A stretch of DNA of 64,000 bases from Promethearchaeota archaeon (lineage in GTDB: Archaea; Asgardarchaeota; Lokiarchaeia; Sigyniarchaeales; SOKP01): the NCBI GenBank assembly GCA_004375715.1, contig SOKP01000182.1, positions 3,813 to 67,812 of the forward strand. Reading direction: 5' to 3'. Within the stretch, counting starts at the first letter, position 1, and every line of letters starts with the position of its first letter. Made by a program: the position numbers and the translations under genes. Below the pieces are notes generated by a model that worked only from the letters and a program-made list of their open reading frames with translations, had not been told where the DNA came from and did no database searches. Of this stretch, positions 57,586-64,000 are shown piece by piece.

Positions 57586-57755
57586 AAACTGTGAAGGAAA
57601 GGCTTTCTAACCAATAAAATTCGCTCCATTCATGTCGGATAGATGTACTCAAAAACCAAATTCTTTACGGCATAAAAATTTATGCCACAATTCAGGAAAT
57701 TTGTGATGTATTAAGAGAAGTCTTTTGAGAATATGATAGCCCTCAAGTATTTTGA
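57586..57755 (+). pseudogene. Degraded relic of the 3' end of a methylmalonyl-CoA mutase paralogue
   Basis: 57681-57755 translates to YATIQEICDVLREVF*EYDSPQVF*, versus the C-terminus YATIQEICDVLRTVFGKYDSPQVF* of the gene at 47477-49153. Weaker upstream similarity (NCEGKAF vs NAEGKII) has frame changes and stops. Confidence 0.6.
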
Positions 57756-59179
57756 GTTTTTTTCATATAATATTCCGATATTTTTGGTAATAAGGGAATA
57801 ACCTCCATAGGATCTCCAAAAATCGGAACTTTTTTTGCCGCTAATATTTTTGAAACGCGCCTTCTTTCTTCTAGAGTATGCGTTCTCTGAATTATAGGAA
57901 TTAGTGGTTTATTGTATTTATGTCCAAGGCACAAAGTTTCGATAATGATTTCTTCAAAATTTTCTATTGGAGTAAAGAAATATCTCGAATCAAAATAATA
58001 GCTCGGTAAATCCATTACTAAACAATCCATTTTTTTATCGGATAAAGCGATGTCTATGATTTTTTTTATGCTATCGCCCTGAAATAATTGAGCAGCAGCG
58101 TCTAAAGGGTTTCTTGAACTTGTACCGCGTATAAAAAATTGCTCATCTAATTTTTTTTGAATTTCAGGGCTGAAATTAGGGATATTTAATCCCGCTTCTT
58201 GCAATAAATCTACTAATACTACCCCGTATCCGCCGCTAATACTAAATACTGCAACATTCTCAATCTTTTTAATTCCATAACAATCGATAAGATGCGCAAT
58301 ATGAAGTAATTGCTCCAAAGAATCAACTTCCATTATAGGATTTTGTTTAAAAACCGATTTCCATATTTTAGTATTACCTGCAATCGATGCTGTATGGGTT
58401 TTTGCTGCTTTAGACCCAATTTCAGATTTTCCACCTTTTAATAAAGCAATTGGCTTTTTTGTTCTTGCAATTGTTCTTATTAAATCATTTCCTCGTCCCT
58501 CTTTTATCCCCTCAACATAACATAGGATAATATCAGTTTCGGGGTCGTTTTCAAAAAATGAAATAAGGTCAACAACATCTAAATCAGTCCCATTTCCAAA
58601 TGAAAATACTTTAGAAAAGTGAAATCCTAATTCTTTTGCAGTATAAATAGCAATATTACAAATGCCACCTGACTGAGCTACGAATCCAATATTTCCAGCT
58701 TCTGTGGGGAATTTTCCTCTCCATTGTATTCCCTTTTTTGGATAAAAGAGCCCCATTCCATTAGGACCTAAAAATCTAACAACATCATTAGCTCTTTTTA
58801 GCAATTCTAACTCTAATTCGATACCCTCGTTTGTTCCTGCATCAGAAAATTCCGCTGTAAAAATGCTCATTAGCTTAACTTTCTTCGCAACGCAGTCGTC
58901 AATAATATCTAAGATTTTGTCTTTCGGCACTGTTATGAATGCAAAATCAACCTCTCCGGGAATATCTTTAACTGACGGATAAATATTTTCGGATGGAAAA
59001 TCGGAGATTTCACTTATTGAGGGATTTACAGCGTATATCGGACCTTTAAATGTGGCAAAATGATTCCTTAAAAAGAAGAAATTTCTTTTTTTGGATGTTC
59101 CAATTACCGCCATGGATTTAATATCGTTTATGAACGATAAATCTTTTTTATTAAGGTAATCTTTCTCTTGAGCCGTCAT
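57743..59179 (-). CDS. ADP-forming acyl-CoA synthetase alpha-like protein (paralogue of 22461-23936)
   Basis: IKSMAVIGTSKK, IYAVNPS, GPNGMG, KTHTASIAG. Same domain order as the first copy. Confidence 0.8.
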   Translation of the reverse strand: MTAQEKDYLNKKDLSFINDIKSMAVIGTSKKRNFFFLRNHFATFKGPIYAVNPSISEISDFPSENIYPSVKDIPGEVDFAFITVPKDKILDIIDDCVAKKVKLMSIFTAEFSDAGTNEGIELELELLKRANDVVRFLGPNGMGLFYPKKGIQWRGKFPTEAGNIGFVAQSGGICNIAIYTAKELGFHFSKVFSFGNGTDLDVVDLISFFENDPETDIILCYVEGIKEGRGNDLIRTIARTKKPIALLKGGKSEIGSKAAKTHTASIAGNTKIWKSVFKQNPIMEVDSLEQLLHIAHLIDCYGIKKIENVAVFSISGGYGVVLVDLLQEAGLNIPNFSPEIQKKLDEQFFIRGTSSRNPLDAAAQLFQGDSIKKIIDIALSDKKMDCLVMDLPSYYFDSRYFFTPIENFEEIIIETLCLGHKYNKPLIPIIQRTHTLEERRRVSKILAAKKVPIFGDPMEVIPLLPKISEYYMKKTQNT

Positions 59180-60450
59180 ACTTTTTCTGCCATGTAAGGT
59201 TTTAACGCTTTAATTGCAATAGCGTAAAGTGGAATCACGGAAAGTTCGATAAAAATCGAAATCACGAAAGGAGCACTTGGACCAAGAGCATCCCAAGCAA
59301 AACCTCCTAAAACTGGTCCTAAAACTGCACCAAATAGACTTAACCATTGTGCAAGTCCAAAAATTTTTCCACGATGGATTTTTGATATTCGGCTGAGGAC
59401 ATTTTGTAGAATTAAATTACCTCCCCATGCAAAAGTCGAGTCAAAAAGTAAAATTATCCCAAACATAAGCCCTGAAGTGGAATTTATAATTAACGAAGTA
59501 ACTAAAGCACCCAGACCGCTTACAAAAACAACACCTATTATTGGGTTAATTTTATCTGCAATTTTCCCTAATTTAGGAGCAAATAGCAAAGATAGGATTT
59601 GACTCGGAAAATAGATGAGCATTACCAATGTAGGATCTTCTACTTTTAATACATCAATTAAGTAAACCTGAAAAAATGGATATGCCAAAGATTGATTCAT
59701 ACTGCTCATCATAAATGCAATGGTTAAAACACTAAACCCTATAAAAAACCCAACAGCTAGGTTTTTCTTAGACTTAATTACTGTATCTTCAATAACCGGT
59801 TCTTTAGAAATAAGAGATGGTTCAACAGAAGATGGAAATAAATTAAAAATATGTTTATCTAAGGTAAGGTGTTCATTCACCTTTAAGTGAAACGTGATTC
59901 CTCCAAAAAAATTGGATCCTGCGAATAATAGTAGTGGAGAGTAGACCAAAAACAGGTTTTCCGGAACAAAGAAATTAGCCAAACCAAAAACAGTAAAACT
60001 TATAACTGAACCAAGTAAATTTCCTTTTCCTATCATTCCTCCTCGCTTTCCAAAAGCAAAGGAACGATTTGCTTTATTTGATTTCTCGGATATCAAAGTA
60101 TCCAATGGTGTCCAAAAAAACCCAACAAAAAAACCTAATACAAACATACCCATTGCAAATACAACAAGGGAAGAAAAAATAATACCCATATACATAAGGA
60201 TATAACAAACCGCTCGTCCAAAACTTCCGATGAGAATGAGTAATTTCCTTGAGACTCTATCAGTGAGATAACCAACAATTGGAGCACTGATTAACCCTCC
60301 GGTTGTTTGTATTGCAAACATTATCCCTAATTCGATCCCGGTAGCACCTAATAATTGAACTGTAACAAATGGAATCAAAAAAGAAAAGAAAAAGAATCCG
60401 ACGCTGTTCCAGAAGATTATTCGAATCATTGGAATAAAATCTGGAGTCAA
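59176..60450 (-). CDS. MFS transporter (12 TM)
   Basis: Hydrophobic throughout. MFS loop motif GYLTDRVSRK between TM2 and TM3. Its stop overlaps the downstream acyl-CoA synthetase-like start by 4 nt (operon). Confidence 0.85.
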   Translation of the reverse strand: MTPDFIPMIRIIFWNSVGFFFFSFLIPFVTVQLLGATGIELGIMFAIQTTGGLISAPIVGYLTDRVSRKLLILIGSFGRAVCYILMYMGIIFSSLVVFAMGMFVLGFFVGFFWTPLDTLISEKSNKANRSFAFGKRGGMIGKGNLLGSVISFTVFGLANFFVPENLFLVYSPLLLFAGSNFFGGITFHLKVNEHLTLDKHIFNLFPSSVEPSLISKEPVIEDTVIKSKKNLAVGFFIGFSVLTIAFMMSSMNQSLAYPFFQVYLIDVLKVEDPTLVMLIYFPSQILSLLFAPKLGKIADKINPIIGVVFVSGLGALVTSLIINSTSGLMFGIILLFDSTFAWGGNLILQNVLSRISKIHRGKIFGLAQWLSLFGAVLGPVLGGFAWDALGPSAPFVISIFIELSVIPLYAIAIKALKPYMAEKV

Positions 60451-60719
60451 CTTGATAGTATTTTCAACCTCTTGCGCATTTATCCCAAAATCATTTAATT
60501 TTGGCTCATTGGTGGTGTCATTTCCATCAGAACGATTTTTTACATCAGGATTTTTTGACAGTTATTAAAACACCTTTTGTACAATTATATTAGAAAAAGA
60601 CTCATATCCTAAATAGTTCATCATTTCAGCACAAATTAGTAGCTTATCAATCAAATGGAATAAACTTTATTTTGGAGAAATACTAATCTTATTACAATTC
60701 GATTTTTTATAAAAAAAAA

Positions 60720-61727
60720 GTGAAAATTCAAATGTTAACTATAGAACACATTAAAGAAATCTTAAATGATTATACGGTAAATCTTAGATTCCATGCCCGT
60801 GGAGGGCAAGGAGGTGTAACGGCTTCAAATCTCTGCGTGGAAGCTTTCTACGGTTACGGTGTGTGCCAACCTAAGTTTGGTGCAGAACGCATGGGAAGCC
60901 CTACAGAAAGTTATGTGCGACTATCTGCGAATGCAGATCTAGTTAGATCAAACGAACAAGTGTATGGACCTCACTTTGTTTCGGTATTAGATCCATCGTT
61001 ATTGACAGAAGTTGATGTAACTGCTGGTATTCCGAGAGGAGGTTGGTTAATAGTGAATACAGAAATGGATCAATTAACAATTCAAGATGCAGTAAAACGT
61101 AAAGATATAAATATTGCGACTATTGATGCAACTCGAATCGCTCTCGATATTTTAGGAAGAAATATTACGAATACTATCATATTGGGAGCTTTAATTCGTG
61201 TGTCTCATCTATTTACGCTTGAAGAATTATCTGACGCTATAATGAAGCGATTTAAAGGAGAAGTTGCTGGAAAAAATATTCAGGCTATTAAACAAGCAAT
61301 TGAAGAAACATGTATCTATGACATGGGGATCGATCCTGATTTCACTGTCGACAGTAAAGTCCCATGGCAACAAGTATCTTTAGGGTTGCCAGGATACAAA
61401 GATTTAGATAAAGCTGGTGTTTGGTATTGCGATGAAGATGTAATCCCTGTTGGAAGCGATCAAGTAAACACTGGGTCGTGGGGTGAATGGGAAATACTAT
61501 GGGACGAAGAAACATGCACTAATTGCGCCCAATGTTGGTTTATTTGCCCTGACTTTGCCACTCTGAGAAAATTAGGAGATGACGGTAAATATCACATGTC
61601 TGGGATCGATGTGTTTCACTGTAAAGCTTGTCAAAATTGTCTTAACATTTGTCCCGTTCAAGCCATAAGCAAACGACTAAAACAAGGTCCTGCTGCTTGT
61701 GCAGCACCAGAAGAAGGAGGTAATTAA
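60720..61727 (+). CDS. 2-oxoacid:ferredoxin oxidoreductase gamma-delta fusion subunit
   Basis: Gamma motif LRFHARGGQGGVTASNL. Delta domain with CTNCAQCWFICP and CKACQNCLNICP. GTG start, with an ATG at 60732 as alternative. Confidence 0.85.
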   Translation: MKIQMLTIEHIKEILNDYTVNLRFHARGGQGGVTASNLCVEAFYGYGVCQPKFGAERMGSPTESYVRLSANADLVRSNEQVYGPHFVSVLDPSLLTEVDVTAGIPRGGWLIVNTEMDQLTIQDAVKRKDINIATIDATRIALDILGRNITNTIILGALIRVSHLFTLEELSDAIMKRFKGEVAGKNIQAIKQAIEETCIYDMGIDPDFTVDSKVPWQQVSLGLPGYKDLDKAGVWYCDEDVIPVGSDQVNTGSWGEWEILWDEETCTNCAQCWFICPDFATLRKLGDDGKYHMSGIDVFHCKACQNCLNICPVQAISKRLKQGPAACAAPEEGGN

Positions 61728-61728
61728 A

Positions 61729-62952
61729 ATGTCAGTAGAACCAATGAAATTATTTTTTAAGGAAATTAAAGAACCAATTGAAACCGCTATGATTGGTAAT
61801 TACGCTGTAGCAGGGGGCGTCACACAGACGGATCCCGACGTGATATGTGCTTTCCCGATTACGCCTCAAACGCAATCTGTTGAGGGATTATCCGATGTAG
61901 TTCATCAAGGAAGGTTGAAAGCAGCCTTCGTTAATGTCGAATCTGAATTAGCAGCTATTAGCTACTCTACTGCAGCTTGTGCAGCTGGAGCTAGAACCTT
62001 TACAGCAACTGCGTCTCAAGGCTATTTATTAATGTCGGAGGCTTTACCGATGGCCGTAGGGTGGCGAGTTCCTTTAACGATGATGATCTCCGCCCGAGCT
62101 TTCAACGCTCCAAATCTATCCATTTGGAATAGTTGGGAATTTGTTATTACTGATTATGGGTGGAATTGTATCGTTTCAGAAAATGTTCAAGAGACCTATG
62201 ATGCCGCAATTTTGTCAGTCATGATGTCTGACAATTCGTTATTTCCAACTATGTTTGTGCACGATGGATTTATCATTTCTCATTCAGTTCAAAAACTATG
62301 GCTAATTCCCGATGAGGTTGTACGTAAATTAACGCCAAGGATACCTCGACACACAATCACAACTGAACGCCCAGGAGTATGGGGTGGAATTGTTACCCCC
62401 GGATTTTTCATGGAGGGAAGAATGGGATTAGATATCGCTAAAAAATCCGTATTAGATGTGATGAAAAATTCCTTTGCTGAATTTGGAAAAGCAACTGGTC
62501 GCCATTATAAACTAATTGAGACTTATAATTTGGATAATTCCTCAAAAACTGCGTTTATTACGATGGGGTCGATGTGTGGAAACATTATTAGTTGGATGAC
62601 GAAAAATAAAGATATCGGGTTAATCAAAATCAGAGCGTACAGACCTTTCCCTTACGAGGAGTTACAAAAGATTGTCCAAGAGCATAATATTGAAAAATTA
62701 ATCATCTTTGAGAAATCAGATGCACTTAATAATCTTCTACCACCATTTTCCACATCAATAGCAACGGCGTTGTATCCGCTTAAAACTCTATTTAGATGTT
62801 TTATTGTAGGACTAGGGGGAAGAGATGTTACAAGAGATGAATTTAGTGTCGCAAAGAAGAAAATGGAATCCGTTAATGACATGAAAGGACAACTCTATAT
62901 GTATCTAGGTGTTAGAGAAACTAAAGATAAAATACATGGGGTGAATATATAA
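61729..62952 (+). CDS. 2-oxoacid:ferredoxin oxidoreductase alpha subunit
   Basis: GNYAVAGGV....ICAFPITPQTQSVEGLS, ESELAAISYSTAACAAGARTFTATASQGYLLM. GGAGG lies 8 nt before the ATG at 61729, and the track start at 61699 overlaps the upstream gene. Confidence 0.85.
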   Translation: MSVEPMKLFFKEIKEPIETAMIGNYAVAGGVTQTDPDVICAFPITPQTQSVEGLSDVVHQGRLKAAFVNVESELAAISYSTAACAAGARTFTATASQGYLLMSEALPMAVGWRVPLTMMISARAFNAPNLSIWNSWEFVITDYGWNCIVSENVQETYDAAILSVMMSDNSLFPTMFVHDGFIISHSVQKLWLIPDEVVRKLTPRIPRHTITTERPGVWGGIVTPGFFMEGRMGLDIAKKSVLDVMKNSFAEFGKATGRHYKLIETYNLDNSSKTAFITMGSMCGNIISWMTKNKDIGLIKIRAYRPFPYEELQKIVQEHNIEKLIIFEKSDALNNLLPPFSTSIATALYPLKTLFRCFIVGLGGRDVTRDEFSVAKKKMESVNDMKGQLYMYLGVRETKDKIHGVNI

Positions 62953-62953
62953 A

Positions 62954-63088
62954 ATGTCAAAACCAGAGAGAAATGTTATTCCGTTTGAAGATATTCTAGC
63001 AAGAGACGAGAAATGTAACGTATTGTTCCTTAACTACGATAACGAAGCTTTTATGAATACTCCTTTAAAGTATTTCTTAAAATACTGA
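62954..63088 (+). pseudogene. 44-codon relic of the OFOR beta (TPP-binding) subunit
   Basis: MSKPERNVIPFEDILARDEKCNVLFLNYDNEAFMNTPLKYFLKY*. NVLFLNYDNEAFMNT matches the conserved ..YDNEAYMNTG.Q segment of PorB-type subunits. The GDG TPP motif, the Cys ligands and the C-terminal half are absent. Confidence 0.55.
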
Positions 63089-63350
63089 TTTTTTTTTTAA
63101 AAATTATTTTTTTATTTTCTTTTCAATCTCCTCAGATAGAAAAATAATAGTTGACTTAATTTGAGAATATTTTAAAATACTATAAGAATAATAGTTCTAC
63201 TGAAGCTCAGATATTAAATGTATTTCTTAATGAAAATATAGAAATATTCTTTTCCTCATTTTCAGAAAGATATCTCACGGTTATTCCCAATTTTGAGATA
63301 AAGTTAAGAAGTCTAATTCGGGAAATTATGAAAGGTATTTAAAAATCAAA

Positions 63351-63995
63351 TTATAACCTAAATCTTCTTATATATCTTCTTAAATGAATCACATATATAT
63401 CAAATGGGTTTCCAAAATTTCTTAATAACTCAAAATCTTTAAAGTTTTCTTTAATATAATTGAAATCTGCTATGTTCGCATCAGGATCTTCAATTATCGG
63501 ATAAAATTTCTTAATAATATGTTTTTTGAAAAACCTAAAAAACTTGAAATTTCTTATTTTAGGCACCTGTGAGCAATATTTAATCAAAACTAAAAGATCT
63601 TGAATTGTGAAAGAATCAATTTTCGAAGAAATAACATCAACTAGTTTGTCGTTTAGAAAGATCTTATAAAATGATGGATAATATTCCTTATCCTCGATAT
63701 CGTAATAAGAAAAACCCTCTTCAATAATTTGCAAAAACCTTCTTTTTGTTACCTCTATATCTACTTTTTTTATAGTTTTAGTAATCAATTCTTCTATTTC
63801 AGAAATAGAAAGAATTTGAGGATGGAGTAACATTTCAAATTCCCTATCATCTATCTTATCAGGAAGAAATTTCTCAATCGTTTCTAATAGTAATTTTTCA
63901 TCTAAAGCATTATATACTTCATGATCTATCCAATTTAAAATAAGAAAAAGGGAAAATAAATTTGGAAGAGATTTTAACGATTTTTCTATATCCAC
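63351..63995 (-). CDS. Hypothetical protein (may extend beyond the window end)
   Basis: Long ORF with Lys/Asp/Glu/Ile-rich composition. GTG start 5 nt from the window edge, with no in-frame stop before the edge. Confidence 0.4.
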   Translation of the reverse strand: MDIEKSLKSLPNLFSLFLILNWIDHEVYNALDEKLLLETIEKFLPDKIDDREFEMLLHPQILSISEIEELITKTIKKVDIEVTKRRFLQIIEEGFSYYDIEDKEYYPSFYKIFLNDKLVDVISSKIDSFTIQDLLVLIKYCSQVPKIRNFKFFRFFKKHIIKKFYPIIEDPDANIADFNYIKENFKDFELLRNFGNPFDIYVIHLRRYIRRFRL

Positions 63996-64000
63996 TTTAT

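Noticed and set aside
61699-61728. N-terminal 10-codon extension of the OFOR alpha ORF (track start 61699)
   Set aside because: It overlaps the gamma-delta gene. A GGAGG site sits 8 nt before the ATG at 61729, immediately after the upstream stop, so 61729 is the more plausible start.
1-64000. Scan for CRISPR arrays, rRNA genes, transposases/integrases, toxin-antitoxin pairs or recognisable defence genes
   Set aside because: There are no regularly spaced direct repeats with unique spacers, no rRNA-like GC-rich blocks, and no DDE/tyrosine/serine recombinase or nuclease/ATPase defence signatures in any long ORF. The only repeats are the csp duplication and intragenic coding repeats.

Overview
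AT-rich archaeal chromosomal segment with about 55 protein genes and one tRNA. I found no rRNA, CRISPR array, transposase or integrase. Archaeal hallmarks are an HMf-type histone (3640-3852), an Sm-like protein (8359-8634), archaeal-type LeuRS, a tRNA with two bulge-helix-bulge introns (8057-8179), tungsten aldehyde:ferredoxin oxidoreductase, 2-oxoacid:ferredoxin oxidoreductase genes and ADP-forming acyl-CoA synthetase-like genes. The standout content is a set of eukaryote-like small-GTPase neighbourhoods. (i) A Roadblock-GTPase fusion lies at 19-1581. (ii) A Rab/Ras-like GTPase (43594-44145) is flanked by a wHTH-TPR protein and two tandem 7TM proteins with longin-like cytoplasmic domains. (iii) A Rag/Gtr1-family GTPase with a C-terminal roadblock domain (54572-55771) sits directly downstream of a 1714-aa LamG/Ig-repeat surface protein and next to longin-like and roadblock/coiled-coil proteins. 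With the low GC content, this points to an Asgard (Loki-/Prometheoarchaeia-like) genome; that is inference from gene content, since no database search was possible. The remaining genes are housekeeping and acyl-CoA/organic-acid metabolism (thiolases, crotonase, methylmalonyl-CoA mutase, DUF35, lipoamide dehydrogenase, glycerate kinase, ThiC, ArsM). Several relics indicate recent rearrangement: a tandem csp duplication carrying a scrap of the neighbouring gene, a decayed OFOR beta subunit, a mutase 3' relic and an MFS C-terminal remnant. All functional calls rest on motif recognition by eye in the supplied translations.
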